From: Dimorphilus gyrociliatus
Lineage: Eukaryota; Animalia; Annelida
NCBI GenBank assembly: GCA_904063045.1
Contig: CAJFCJ010000001.1
Span: 62,001 to 126,000 of the forward strand
DNA length: 64,000 bases
Reading direction: 5' to 3'
Part shown: in pieces, positions 11,780-26,129 of the stretch
How positions within the stretch are numbered: the first letter of the stretch is position 1
How the letters are laid out: each line of letters begins with the position of its first letter
Made by a program: the position numbers and the translations under genes
Notes under the pieces: model-generated
Told to the model about the DNA's origin: nothing
What the model saw: only the letters and a program-made list of their open reading frames with translations
Databases searched by the model: none

Positions 11780-14036
11780 CCATATGAATTTCTAGAATAT
11801 TTAATAAACAATTTTTTAAAGAAAAGAGATAAATGATAAAATAGAGAATTAATGACAAAAAAAGAGAGAACAAATTTCAGGAAGAGAAATTGAGCATTTC
11901 TGAATGTAAAATATGAATGAAAAGACTTTTTTATTGGTTGTGAATTTAATGACAGAAATTTTTAAAATATTTTTTTTATAAAAATTTTTATAACTTTTTT
12001 TTTAAAAAAAAAATAATAAAAGAATTCTTACATAATTTTTTTTTTGATGTTTCTTCAAGAGTATTTTGTTATTGAAACAGGGCTTAACTGTTGGTCGATT
12101 GTTCATGTTCTTCTAGAATTTCATTTTAAAAGCCCTCTTTCTAACCTCTTATTCAGGGTAAAAAAATGTTTTCTTTTTCTACACGCGCGTGACTTGAACA
12201 ACAACAACATGTTTATGAAATTTTTTTTGAATGGAAACTAATGCCTAGTTTACTTCGGATTTCTTTTAAATCCTATCTCACCTTTCACTTAGCAAAGAGA
12301 CGCTTTTGTATTTTTCTTATAAAAAAAACTGACTAAATGAAAGAAACAACATTTTTATACTTTTTTGATATTCTATATAAAATAAAGCATAATTCCTATG
12401 TACATAATTAGACAAGGGCAAACAGACTTCAAAGTATCCGTCCTCCTTTTCCCAAGATCGCTGCTCCTTTAAAGTCTCACTGACTTTGGATTAAGGGATT
12501 ATCTTTGTACTTGAGTATAGTGTGTAATAAAATGCTCGTATCATTGCTCTTCATAAATTTTCTTTTTTGTTTGATAAAGATTTTATAGGTAGAAAGAAAT
12601 ACCTTTCCCACGACCTCTACTCTTAACCAATAATAGTCAAATATAATATAATCGAATCCTTTTGTAACGTTTGGCGCCTTTTCTACTTTTGAACTCTTGA
12701 ATGAAAAAAATAGACAATTGTGAATAACATATTTATTTATTACTCTACCACCATTTGGTTTCAGTTGTTTCTTTTTTTTTCAATTTCAACAATTGTTATA
12801 AATCCTATCTGGAGCATTAAAACTTTTATTTTCGACCCCTTAAAGAAACAAAATTACCCTTCTATTCACTTTTTTCCGCAGCTGGAGAGGGAACGGCTTC
12901 CTTTCTTCTCTACGTATATACGTACATACTTATAAATACGTACTGTATATCTAGCTATACTGAATATACATAGAAATTTATGTATATTAGCATATACTCT
13001 TATGTTATTACGTGGCGCCGCTAGTATAAACAAAAACGTTATGCCTGAATCATTTCTTGTGCAAATAAGGAAGGCGTTGTGATTTTAAAGTGCTTTCAAA
13101 CAAAATTTCTTTTTAGTCATTGTACTAGATGGCGCTCAGACGAAGCTTCCTATATGTTTATGTCTCTTTCACTCTCTCCCCCTCTCTCTTTCTATTTAAA
13201 AGGTTCTCCCTTTTTGATGGACTCTATACCATATTAAGTGAATTTGATAAACATCTTATTAAATGAGTAAAGAGTTTAAATGATTTAAAATTTTTTTATG
13301 TTCAATTAAAAAGTTGTAAAATTATAACTTTTAGCTTCTTTCTTGTCAATGCTAGTTTCACATCTTTATGGCTTTTATTTACCTTTTTTTGAATCTTTCA
13401 GAATAGAGTACAAAAATGATTGACAGTTGAAATTATACGTTTAATCTTTGCCTTTTTCTCCTCATACAACAAAGTTTTTATATTTACCTGTCAAAAAAAG
13501 AAGAAAAAACTATTAATATCTCTCTCAAACTCTTGTATAATAAATTTAATAAGATTTTTTTTTATGAAAAATATCAAAAATAAACCAATTCGATAAACTA
13601 TTAAAGTAATGTATGTAGATTAGAAAATGACGATTTCTTGTCTCATATTCAATTACTTTCAAACTGAAAAAAGAAAGATTACCTATTCTTTATAAAGGTT
13701 ATGAAGTAGAAAGCTTAGAGAGTAAATTTCTGTAATGGGTAAAAGGATTCCCAAATATACTATGCAATATATATTTACCACTTTAAAATATTATAGAGTA
13801 ATTTAAGCATTGTTTTAATAAACATTAACATCATTTTCAATAATCATTTCGGAGAAAAATTATAATTTCCTCTTTCGCACATTGGGATTATGATACTGGT
13901 ACTTTTTTATATGTATCATTAACGTTTCCCGCTGAGCGTCGCTAAATGATACAATTTATTCGTTCATATAATTAGAACTATCTATAAGTTATTTAGAAAT
14001 ATTCGGTGTCTTGGCTGGTTACTTGAGTATCGAAAG

Positions 14037-17000
14037 ATGCTCCTTAAGTTATTCTGTTTACTTAACTTTGCTTCATTTGGGCAATGTTACGTTCATATTC
14101 CAGACTTTCCAACGGGAAAAGATTACGAATGGAGAGTGCGCGGGGATTTGAACATTATTATACTGTATCCGATTAGCTCTTTTTCATCGATTCCCTGCTC
14201 ACCACCCTTGAATCCAACACAAGTATTGGGTACAGAATTATTGACTAAAGTGTTAACAGATTTGAATTCAAATGAGAAAATTCTTCCCAATATATCACTT
14301 GGAGTTACTTATTACGATGATTGTGGAACGATTAATGGAGGATCAGCCAGAATTGTTCAAATTTATCAACAAGATTGTTTAGATGATTTTGAAAAGACTA
14401 ATAATATTATTGGAATTTTGGGTATATTTTCTTCAAATCAGGCATTATCTGTGGGAAGTTTATCTTCCCAATTAAAAATTCCAGTACTATCAACTTACGC
14501 TACAGCCGAAGGATTGTCAAATAAAGCTATATACGAGTATTTTACTCGGCTAGTCCCATCCGATAAATTTACCACCCAAGCAATGATGCACTTTTCGGAT
14601 TATCATAATTGGAGATATATTCAATTGGTGTTTACTGACGGCATTTTTGGAGAAAATGCTGCAAAAGGAATTCAAAAATTCGCAAAAATGAAGGGTATTT
14701 GCGTTGCAAATACTATGAGAGTCGATAGTTTCACTGATTTCAAAGCAACTGTAGACAAACTCATTAAGTATGAAAAAGCTAAAGTCATTGTAATGTTTAC
14801 ATATCCTGGCCACGGTAAAGAGATCATAAGATTATTAAACAAAACCAAATACTATGATCATTTTACATTTTTCGGCGCTGATTCCTATAGATTTTTGGAT
14901 GGATATGAAAAGATGCAATCTAAATCATTCTTATTCTTATACACACTTGGCGAAGATCCTAAATTTGTTGATCATGTATCATCATTAACTCCTTCAATGG
15001 CTGACCATATATGGATGAAAAAACTATGGGAACAATTGGGTGATTGTCATTTTGAAACAAATTGTTCTAAATACGCAAATTTTTACGAAACTAACAAAAT
15101 AACTGATAGTATCTTCAAATACATGTTCAAATTAGGAGATGGAATGGAAGCGTACGCCCGTGCATTGCATAATCTGATTTCAGATCAATGCCCTGAAGCA
15201 TTTAATAATAAAACACTACTAAAGGTAAAAAATATTTGAAATATAAAATATTTAATATCTGATTTATAATAAGAGAATTCAATAACATATTAATAGGATT
15301 GTACAAAGGGGCCAGATGTTTTAAAATATCTTCGGGAAGTGAAATTTAGGTCGAAAACTGGTATTAATTATTTCTTTGATGACAATGGTGACATGTTAGG
15401 CGACTATAATATATTCTACTACTCTCCAGTAGGAAATAAACTTGAACAAAAGTTAGCTGGAACGTGGTCAAAAAGAGGAGAGGTACTTTTGGCCTTAAAG
15501 CAGTTTCAAATTGAATCAATTTGCAGTAGACCGTGTCCCAAAAAGCATATTTATATTCCGCAAGATTTGGAGTGTTGTTGGCAATGCAAAAAATGCAGAG
15601 ATAATGAAATTGTTATAAAAAATAGAACCGAATGCAAGAAATGTCCTGAATTCTATTGGCCAGGTAAAAATACAAATTAAAACTATATATACTAATATAA
15701 GTCTCTAAAATTGTAGTTAGCGTATCGTATTTAAGATGAATTAGCCATACTGTCAATGATAGTTCTGTTCCTCTGACAAGTTTAATTCTTTTCATCAATG
15801 ATAGAATTTCCATAAATCTCGTTAATCGAACTGTTTTTTTCTAAATATTAGTACACTTTTAAGCAGAATGTTTCATTTACAGAAGAGAAAGACAAGATTC
15901 TTATTATAGAACTGTCGCTTTCTACTTGGTATTTTTCTATATTCGTGGTATTAATGAGTACAGTTTCTGATCGATACTGTACAGATATAATTTCATATTT
16001 GAATAATAATCATTTAATACAAGAAGGAGGTAACAAAATTCGCAATGATTTATAAATCAAGCACCAAATATAACTGTATATAAATAAGATATATTATAAG
16101 TGCATTTACAGTTAAAATACAACAAACTTTTATGTACAATATCCTTTTAATAGATATAGCACAAACATTTGTTGGATAATAATAACATATATTAATTATA
16201 TCTTTTACATAAGAATAAAAGAAAAGGACGTAGCAATTAAATAAGTTCTTCTTCTAATCTAGTCAAAAAAAGATATATACTAAATAATAAAGCAAATTTT
16301 CTTTTTGGTGTTTTCGTATTTCGTATATAACTTTGTCATTGTTTTTTCCACTTTAATCTAAGTATTTATTTAAATATCATGTAGAAGAAATAAAAAAATT
16401 TCTTTATTAATACAACTTCCGGTCTTTCTTCCTCTATTTTCATTCAATTTTTTTTAAATAAAGGAGAAATATACTCTCAACAATTTTTTAATGGTTTTAT
16501 GCCTTTTTTTATAATATTTTATTGGAAAAATTTCTTTTTATTATAACATTCATGTTTAAATATAGCTTTTTCTACCTTTAGACGCAGATGCTGCGAGTGT
16601 TTGCTTGGTAATAAAGAGTGAATATCCGAAATGGAGTGATACTTTGGTTGTTCTTTTACTGTTTATTGCGGTTGTTGGAGGCTCTTTAGCTAGTTTAATG
16701 GGCTTAGCATACAGGAAATATAGAAACAAGAAAATTATTAAAGCGTCCGCTCGCCATCTATCGGCTATAATACTTTTGGGGATCATTATATGTTTTACTA
16801 CAGTTATTTTTCTGTTGGCAAAGCCAAGGTTTTTGACCTGCTTATTCAGTCGTATCGGTTTAAATCTTGGAATAACATTCATTTATGTCCCTCTTCTTAT
16901 GAAGACTCAAAGAGTTTATAGAATTTTCAAAAGTGGATCAAAAGGAAAACAAAGACCAAGTTTCACTAGCAATAAATCTCTTATGATTATGACAGTTATT

Positions 17001-17489
17001 TTGATTGGATTTGAAGTTGTCTTGATTCTATTCAGCATACTTTTTTGGCAACCGACAGATAAACGAGTACAAAAAATTGAAATTGAGAAAAAAGTTGAAT
17101 TGACTTGCTACAGTCCTCCAATATCTTTGGCTATACCTCTCGGGTTCAATGTACTCATTCTATTATGTTGCGTGGGCTTGAGTTATCTAACTAGAAAATT
17201 ACCGGAGAACTTTAACGAATCCTGGTATATATTTGTGTCAGTTGCAACAACAATATTTCTATGGATAGTGCTATTGCCAGCATACTTTACTATGTTTTAT
17301 GTTTACTACAAAGTTATTATTCTTGGAATATGTCTCATAACTAATGGAATTCTTACTTTACTCTGCCTCTTCTTACCCAAAATTTATGCTATATTTTTTA
17401 TTGATGAGCAGGAAGTAGTCTATGCAAGCTATAGCCGCTACAACTCAACGAAAATTGCAACTGTATCAACTGGAGAAACAACTAGTTAA
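14037..17489 (+). CDS. Class C GPCR, mGluR-like (complete paralog 1)
   Basis: Exons 14037-15224, 15297-15663, 16582-17489 (phases 0,1), 820 aa. Signal peptide, Venus flytrap (RLVPSD, ENAAK), cysteine-rich domain (CSRPC...CCWQC..C...C..C) and 7TM (IIKAS, KTQRVYRIF, RKLPENFNES, PKIY). Confidence 0.92.
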
Positions 17490-18297
17490 GAAAAGAAAAC
17501 TTGTATATCGGCTGAAATTGAAGGAAAAATGATTTTTTCTCAAATGTTGCACATGTACAAAAAAACGTTCTATGTTATATTTAAAATTCGAAGCACAGAC
17601 AAACTTTTCCAAAGAGTAGCAATACTGGTTAAAAATCAAGTTAGATAGTATACACTCTGGTATAAAGTAAACTGTTAAATATATTCAAATAAACGAAAAA
17701 TTTGTAATATCAATATCAATATCAACGGCAGTTATTCTTATTAAAAAACTTGATGATTTTGCATTAAACTATATAGTGGACAAACTATAAATAGATTATT
17801 AATATTTTTCCTTTGGGTCCTAGTTATAAAGCACTTTTTTGAATGTGAGTAGAATGAAGGAGAAGCATGTATAAGTCTAGAATGATGCATTACACGATTA
17901 GGCTCTTTTTTAAAATTATTTAAATAACTATTCATGAAATACATAAAGAACGACAACTATTTGTTACCTTCGTACTAAACTTAAACTAGTTATTAACCAA
18001 CTACACTTTCATAAACAAGTTAATTAAGTTTTATTAATTAATTCCCTTTCTTTGGCCTATTTTGAAAAAAATTAGTATCCTATTCAATTGTTTGCGAACT
18101 ACCTTAAAGAAAGTTCATATGCTTCGAGAATAAGAAAAGACTGCTTTCAGTTAATAATAATTTATAAACAAAGAAGAAGGAAGTATATAGGCAGGTAATA
18201 ATTCTTCATCTTGCTATATAAATAAAATTTCGTCTTTAAAGACTTCGGGAAACATAAACACAGAAATAACTATTGAGAGATTGTAAGTTGACCAAAG

Positions 18298-20801
18298 ATG
18301 AGAAGACTAATATTTTTAATATTAGGACTGCCCTATGTTTTTTCCTTGTATAATCTAGCAAAATTCCCTGCTTCAAATAAGACAGATTTGAGAGGAGAAG
18401 GAGATTTAATTATTGCCCTTATGTATGAGACTCACATCGTTGGAAAAGTTCGCTGTGGTGGAAATTTAAACTACGATAGAGCAGTTACACCTGAGCTGAT
18501 GAGACTTCGAATTAAACACTATAATGATAACAATAATATTTTACCTAATATAACGTTAGGATACGTGTATTTAGATACATGCGGAGGGATTAACAGTTAT
18601 ACTTGGCGATCCATGGAACTCTTAAATGATCTAAATGGTGCAAGAACTACAAATGTTGTTGGAATTGTAGGACCATATTCTTCTGATCAATCAATATCTC
18701 TTGCTGGTATGACATCAGCATTAAATTTACCTACTTTGGGAATCTATTCAACGTCCGTTGAATTATCAAATAAGGGGAGATTTGAATATTTCTCGCGTCT
18801 TGTACCGTCCGATGCTTTCGCCACAGAAGCTATGGCTGAAGTTATGAAAACGCTTAAGTGGACGTATATTCAAATGTTATACATGGAAGGATCATTTGGT
18901 GAGAATGCCGCTAAAAATATCGAGAAAAATACAAAAAAATATGGGATATGCATTGGTAATAGCCAAAGATTTTCATTTGATTATTCCGATGATTATGATG
19001 AAATTGTCAAAAAAATAGTTAAGACTAAAAAAGCAAGAATCTTAGTTGCATTTCTCAGTCCCCAAATGAGAACATTATTGTTTAAAGCAATGGAGAGAAA
19101 TGCACCAAATGAAAGATTTATATTTGTAGCGGCTGATGCTTACGGTAGAGAACCTGGATATGAGCATCTGCAAGAGGGTAGTTTAATGTTTGTTTATAAT
19201 GGAGGTAAAGACGCTGTTTTTGAAGAATACTTCAATAATCTGAAACCTTCGGATCCTACTATATATTGGACAAGAAAAGTTTGGGAACATTATGGAAATT
19301 GTGATTTTGAAACCACTTGCCAAAAATACAATAAGATGTCCGATGTTAAACCAAATTTAAAATCTGCTCAAATTAAAGTTGCAGATGGTATAGATGCCTA
19401 TGCTTATGCTCTTCATGATTTGATAACGAATGAATGCCCTGACGCATTCAAAGATAAAAGTATTCTAAGCAATGGTTGTATAACTGGAGAAAGAGTTTTA
19501 AAATACCTGAGAAAGCAAAAATTCACTTCTCTAAGTGGTGTAAAGTACAGTTTTAATGACAGAGGTGACATGTTGGGTGATTATTTCATACAAAGATATA
19601 CTTGGAAGAATAAGCTATGGGAATACGATGTAGTTGGTAAATATTCTAAAGTCACAGAAGAGCTCAATATGTTTGAAAATCTGGAAATAGAGTCAATTTG
19701 TAGCAAACCATGTCCAAAGAAACATATTTATGTTCAACAAGATCTAAAGTGTTGCTGGCTTTGTAGAACTTGCCGGGAGAATGAGATCCTGGTTAACAAT
19801 AAAACAGAATGCCAGAAATGTCCAGAATTTCTATGGCCAGGTAAGAAAATGTCATTTTATGAGATAACTTATGAGTTTGACAATTAATGTGGTATAAAAT
19901 GATTTTAGACTCAGATGAAGCCTTGACCTGCCACGATATAGAAGATGAATACGTAAAATGGCAAGATCCGTTGGGTCTTCTTTTATTAATCCTGTCAATA
20001 ATAGGACTTATAGGCAATGTAGTTATTATTGTATTGTATACCATCTATAGGGAAGAAAAGATTATAAAGGCGTCGTCCCGACATTTCTCTGTAATGATCA
20101 TCTGCGGAAGTACAATAGGTTATATAAGTGTTTTATTGTTAGTTGCAAAACCAGAGCTGGCGACATGTCTACTAAATAGAATTGGGTTTCACCTTGGTGC
20201 AACATTCATTTATGCGCCCCTGTTCATGAAAACTCAACGAGTATATAGAATTTTTAGGGCTGGATCAAGGGGTAAACAAAGACCCAGTCTTACCAGCAAT
20301 CGATCTTTAATGATTACCACTCTTATTATAATTGGCATACAAGCTGCCTTGGTCGTTGTCAGTTTAGTATTGTGGCCTCCTGCCTCGGAAAGAATACAAA
20401 GGATAGAAATTGAGAAACGAGTCGAATTGACTTGTTATAGTCCTCCAATTTCGTTAGCTATACCTGTAGGATTCAATGTACTTCTTTTGCTATGTTGCGT
20501 CACATTAGGATATCTAACTAGAAAATTACCGGAGAATTTCAATGAATCTTGGTATATATTTGTGTCAGTTGCAACAACAATATTTCTATGGATAGTATTG
20601 TTGCCAACGTACTTTACGATGTTTTATGTTTATTACAAGGTTATAATTCTTGGAATATGCCTCATAACTAATGGAATTCTTACGTTACTATGCCTATTTT
20701 TGCCTAAAATATATGCGATCTTTTTCGTTGACGATGAAAACATTGAAAGTAGTAAAGGATCCAAAATTGCTCCAAGTTCGGTTAACGAAACGACTAGTTA
20801 G
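18298..20801 (+). CDS. Class C GPCR, mGluR-like (complete paralog 2)
   Basis: Exons 18298-19840 and 19909-20801 (one 68-nt phase-1 intron, CCAG|GTAAGA...TTTTAG), 811 aa. Same domain set as paralog 1. Confidence 0.92.
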
Positions 20802-21765
20802 ATTTCTTCACAACTTTTAGTCCACAACTTTTAGTGTTTCTATATGTTATAGCACACATATTTCAAATGTTTGTCAGAGATGTTCAAAATAAAGAATTAT
20901 TACTTTCAATTACAATCCATGCTGTATTCTTTATACCACTTATTTATATGTTATTAATTCAATAAATAGGGTACAAACTAATTAAGAAATATTATTAGTG
21001 TTTTGTATTGCATTGGTATGTATTTAATATTATAAAAGGGGACTTAGTTTGTATTAGTTTGCTTTATGTTTTACTTGATGTAAACGAATTTTTGATACCT
21101 ATCTGATATTTTAAGATTCTTTAATCATTTTTCTTTCGAAATATGAGACTTTTAGACATATTTACCGGTAAGATGTAAAGATATTTTGTACCTATTGGCT
21201 CTCTAACAAAATTAATATGTATGCTACTTGCTTGCTTCTTATAATTTTAGTTAGATTCTGTTAATAAAATAAGAATAATTTATAATATTTTTAAGTAAAT
21301 TGTATCTAACCTGAGTTAAGTTTGATATTATAATACTCCTTCGTTTTTAAGGTATGTCAGATGTTGAAAAAAATTAAAGGAATAACATTATTAAAGAATG
21401 ACCTAGATAATTTTTTGTTTTCTAGTTTTTCTAGATTTTTTAGTGTTATTAATCATTCTGTTATAATTAATAAGCTTTTTAGAGGTTATTGACAAGAAGG
21501 GTCTTTTCCTAGGATATTAAAACAATCTCTAATATTTATAAATTAATATATATAACAATTCTTACTTGGGTTTACCTTGTTAGTATTCAATTTTCTCCAA
21601 ATCATCTAAATTCTCTCTCCTTTACAAGGATTTCATCATTGATCACTCCCTATTGTGAAATTACAGAAAGCAAGATAAACTTTAATTATCATGTTTATTC
21701 ATTAGATACTTTATAAAGCTTACTATTTCATCTGTTTACCGATCATTGAGCTACATAAGCACCAA

Positions 21766-22010
21766 GAGAAAGCTCTGACCTGCCAAGATATACAGGATGA
21801 ATACGTAAAATAGCAAGATACAGAGAGTCTTCTTTCTATAATCCTCTCTAAGTTGCCTTAACTGCAAAACAGACTAAGTGTATTTTTCAAGAAAGAAAAA
21901 ATTATTGAAGCATTATTCTTAAATCTTCCCTATGTTTTATTATAACGCTCCACGGAAGTACAAAGACTATGTAAGTGCTGTACTATTAGCGTCCCAATAT
22001 CGACTACATG
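21766..22010 (+). pseudogene. Decayed copy of the start of the paralog-2 7TM exon
   Basis: EKALTCQDIQDEYVK*QD versus paralog 2 DEALTCHDIEDEYVKWQD (TGG to TAG at 21811-21813). Degraded EKII and CGST-like stretches with indels follow. Confidence 0.75.
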
Positions 22011-23003
22011 GAAAGGAATTTTACCAGATATGATGTTCAGTATTGTCACGTCTGTAGGAATTGAAAAGTTTTAGAAGATGAGTATTCTGTTCTCCTAAAG
22101 CTTCTCATTCCAGATTCTTTGCCCAAGTCTGCACATAAAATTTATCTAAAATATTATACTTTTTGTAAATTCAAGTTAACTTCCACTGCATTTGTCTTAA
22201 CAGATTTAGTAATAATTGTATAGTCTTTTATATATTTTTCTACAACACCTTCTTTGAAAAACTTATACCATAAGGTTTTAACACACTCTTTCCATTGATT
22301 TGCAAACTTGTTGAATATAATATGTGTTAGATTGAAGTTCTCGATTTTCAATTAGCTAAAATTCTATATATAGAATGCATAATCAGATTAAAAGAATAAG
22401 AATCCTTTCATTGAGAATAGAAGTGATCTAAGAATTGAATAGTTGTTAATCAAACTGAACCCCATTCGAAACAGGTCTTTTTTCTACATTTTACATTTCA
22501 GTTTCCAACTTTTTTACTGTTGTAACTTTGGTAAGGTAATGAATAGATATTGAATATCACGTAAAAGATGACATTTTTTAGTTTTAGTGTTTTTAAGTAC
22601 TTCTTTTTATAGTTTTCGTTTTTTTGAAAAGCTAATAAGAGACAACGCCCAGTTTATCTTATAATACACTTTCAAAAATTCTAGTTTTCACTTTCCTAAT
22701 TGCCGATAGTGTGTGCTAAAGAAATCTAAGAATAACATACACTGACAAAAAGTCAGAAATATAATAATTCACTTAGTAGGTATAAAAAATCATTTTAGGC
22801 TGGAAGTTTGGGCCATACTATTCGAAATTTCCTCTGCTGTAGTTGAAAGAGAAGAACAATCGGATATAAGGCTTGTGATTTCTTTGGAGTAGCTAGTTAA
22901 TGCAAAATGAAGGTTCTTTTATATAAAAAATGACTTTTTAAGAGAATTAGTAATCTTAACATTATGTTAATAATATTACATCTTTCAGTCGTAATGAAGA
23001 TAA

Positions 23004-24300
23004 ATGAGTATGAGTATCAAGAGCAAGTGTATCCTTCGTCTTTTATTTCTTACTGGATGCATCTGTCTAATTCCAATACCAAAATTTCCATATTCAGAAC
23101 AAATGGAAATGTCTGAATATGGAGATCTAAATATTGGAATACTTATAAATGTACATGGATCCAGCGATAAAGGACTATGTTCAAAAACACCTTCGATTTG
23201 GTCTCTACTGGCTCCTCTTCAAATCCAATATACAATTGGAAAGATAAATGCCGATATAAAAATTTTACCTAACTTGACACTTGGCTTCAAAGTTGTTGAC
23301 ACTTGCGATCAATTAAATGGAGCGGTCTCGCGTCTTATTGAATTTCTTCCTCAAGCATGTCCTCAAATAAGGTGAGTGAACTTTCGCTAAATAACGTGAT
23401 TTATTACAACAAGTAGTGTAGTAACTTGCAATACCTATGAAAAACTTTTATTACCACAGAGAAGATGAGAACTATGTAGGTTTGCTTGGACCAGGTTCAT
23501 CTTCGTCAGCTGTTCCAGCTGCTGCTCTAGGATCTCAATACGAGTTGCCCTTGTTGTCAACTTATGCAACGTCTGAAGAATTGTCAAATAAGGTACGATT
23601 CAAATATTTCTCTCGTCTTGTTCCTCCTGATTCTGTTGTGGCGGAAGCAATATCGCAATTGTTAGAAGATTCTAAATGGTCTTTCATACAATTACTGTAT
23701 TCTGAAGGTTCGTATGGTGAAAATGCAGCTAAGAGTATTGAAAAAAATACGAAAGCAAAGGGTATTTGTATTGGTTTTAAGTATAGATTTAGTTCAGATA
23801 TGACAGATGACTACAGTTATATAGCCCGAAAAGTTCTTGAAAATAGAAAGGCCAAGGTAATAGTACTAATTGCATTTGGATCACATGTTCGAAAGTTTAT
23901 ATCCGCTTTAAGCAAAAGTAAACGGCCAGAAAGGTTTATCTTTATTGCATCGGATTCGTTTTCTCCAATTAGTGGATACGAAGATCAATTTCAAGGAAGC
24001 ATACAATTTTATTTTAAATATGGGCTGGATCCTGTATTTCATAACTATGTAAATTCTTTAAAACCATCTGATGCTAATCACTATTGGATAGAAAAACTAT
24101 GGGAATTAACTGGAAATTGCAACTTTACAACAACTTGTCAAAATATCTCAAAATTCTCGGAAGTGGGGAGTGCATTTTCATTAACAAATTACGTCATAAC
24201 CGCAAAATACGGAGATGGGTTAGAGGTTTATGCCAAAGCACTACATGATCTTGTTATCTCTAAATGTCCTCTGGCTTTTCAACATAAAAGCATATTGAAG
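23004..24300 (+). CDS. Class C GPCR Venus-flytrap cassette A (signal peptide plus VFT, no own CRD/7TM)
   Basis: Exons 23004-23371 and 23460-24300 (phase-2 intron), open frame throughout. Ends ...HKSILK|GTTATC at the phase-0 position where paralog 1 splices. Confidence 0.85.
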
Positions 24301-26129
24301 GTTATCGATCAATTTTAAATTTTATAAGTATATAGTATGACGCATGTATTAGTATATAAATTTTCTTAGTATAAGTAGCACGAGATAAACAAAAAAAGAG
24401 CTTTTAGAGAAGTAGTTAATCGCCATGAAAAAAAAGAAAGCTATGAATAATCATTTTTTTTAATTACATCTTGTATGATGTAAAAATTAAACGCAATAAC
24501 ATCTCTTTGTTGAACTTTCGCTTGAGTTTATTGAAGAAATAACAAAGCTGCATGACTACTGTGTATATATTTTCTGTGCTAACTTTAAAAGACATTCGAT
24601 ATTCATTAAATGGCTTAAAAAGGTTGAATCTAAAATTTCCTTTGTACATATGAGTACCCGGCCTTTGACAATCATATTCTTCATTCGCTTATTACTAATT
24701 AGAAAGTCTTGATTAAATTATGTTGGGAAAAAGAGTTAATTAATTGGTCAAATTAAGTATGTGTCTCATTATAAACATATGTAGTATATATTTAGTACAA
24801 TGAAAAAATAAAAATTTTCATATATTTTATAATATGTCATCTTCTAAGTTTATTCAGCAAAAGATAACTAATCCTTTTGAAATTAAATCGCTCTTAGGCA
24901 CTCTAGATGGCGTATAACAATAGCTTAGATAAATTGTATGTATGTACAGCATATATAGATACATTAGGTTCATACTTTTTTTCAAAGAGTAAGCGCTACT
25001 ATTGAAGAGGGCAGTCTATATATAGCTTCTATAAAGTTTTTAAAATAACCATTTAATGAATGAATAAATTAAAACGTTTAATTACTTACGATGAATAAAA
25101 TATAAACGTAATATAGAAAAAACAACTATACACACATATACATACACACGCAAACATAAACAAAAAATAGAAGATGTATATGCTAATGAGCTAAAGATAA
25201 TTGGTACTTATTGAGAGTTTACAAAATTTTTTGAAAGAGCCAAAAGTAGAAAGTTGTCATGTAAAATGTAATATTTCTATTGCTGATTTGGTGTGCCTTA
25301 GGCCTATGAGATACATATAATAGATATGAACTAACAAATCGCTTGCTGAGAGTGGAATGATAAATCATTTTCTGAGGGAAAAAAATTAATCAAGTAAGAA
25401 GGTAATCCAATAAGACACGTAATTTTTTCTATTCGATTGGTAAACTTCCTTTGCCGTACATTAGAGCGAGAAAGGAAAAGAGAAAGATAACAGACAAAGA
25501 GAAGATAAGAAATCTATTAAAGAGAACAAAATATCACAGAGATTGAATACATATGAAAGTACAAAGCAAGAAACGTTGATTTCTAATAGAAAAAGAAAAA
25601 ACGATTTATTTCCAAAGAAAATAAAGGACAAAGTACATTGCATATATATACTGTATGTGCGTATTTTTTTACCCACACCTCCCTTCTATCTTTAGATGTA
25701 TTCTCTTCGTGGTTCTCTTATTTATATTTAAAGGATATCGAGTCTTAGCTCTCAGTCATTTTCCTTTTAACTTATGTTATTTTACTGAGGTAATGATAAA
25801 TCTATACTATTAAGCGCTGCTCTAATAAATAAAAGAACTAAAAATTAAAATAAGTGCTAAATGGTAATTACAAATGGCAGTGCAAATACAAAACATCATT
25901 AGAAGAAATAAAAAAAGCTGATCTGTACATCTCGTTTGTTAAAAGGGAAACATGAAATGTCCAATTCAAAAACAGTTTCTTACACTAAATTTTCAAAGAT
26001 AAATAGTGAAAAATAAACACAAAAAACTTTATCAACTCCAAGCTATAAGTTCCAAAATTGTTGTTAATTTATGCTAAGCAATAGCACTACATATACTGAC
26101 TCTCATCGTTCATTAGATAGTTGTAAGCA

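Noticed and set aside
592-13000. Short AT-rich ORFs (592-840, 2889-3071, 3338-3580, 5002-5184, 9031-9261, 9946-10170, 12044-12241, 12720-12935)
   Set aside because: I/F/L/K/Y-biased translations of microsatellite or poly-A/T DNA, or wrong-frame overlaps of real exons.
15220-15228. 9-nt complementarity of the paralog-1 donor to the docking site
   Set aside because: It covers only the generic AAG/GTAA splice consensus, and this intron has its own acceptor 72 nt away.
19841-19908. Apparent frameshift or abutting ORFs in GPCR paralog 2
   Set aside because: Explained by a canonical 68-nt phase-1 intron at the same position as in paralog 1.
21333-21350. Stowaway-like terminus TACTCCTTCGTTTTTAA
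   Set aside because: No matching inverted terminus found nearby.
22020-22351. Minus-strand frames with kinase-like words (CADLG, ISGKIPF) and the 65-aa ORF
   Set aside because: The words are in different frames with stops, and no coherent domain could be built.
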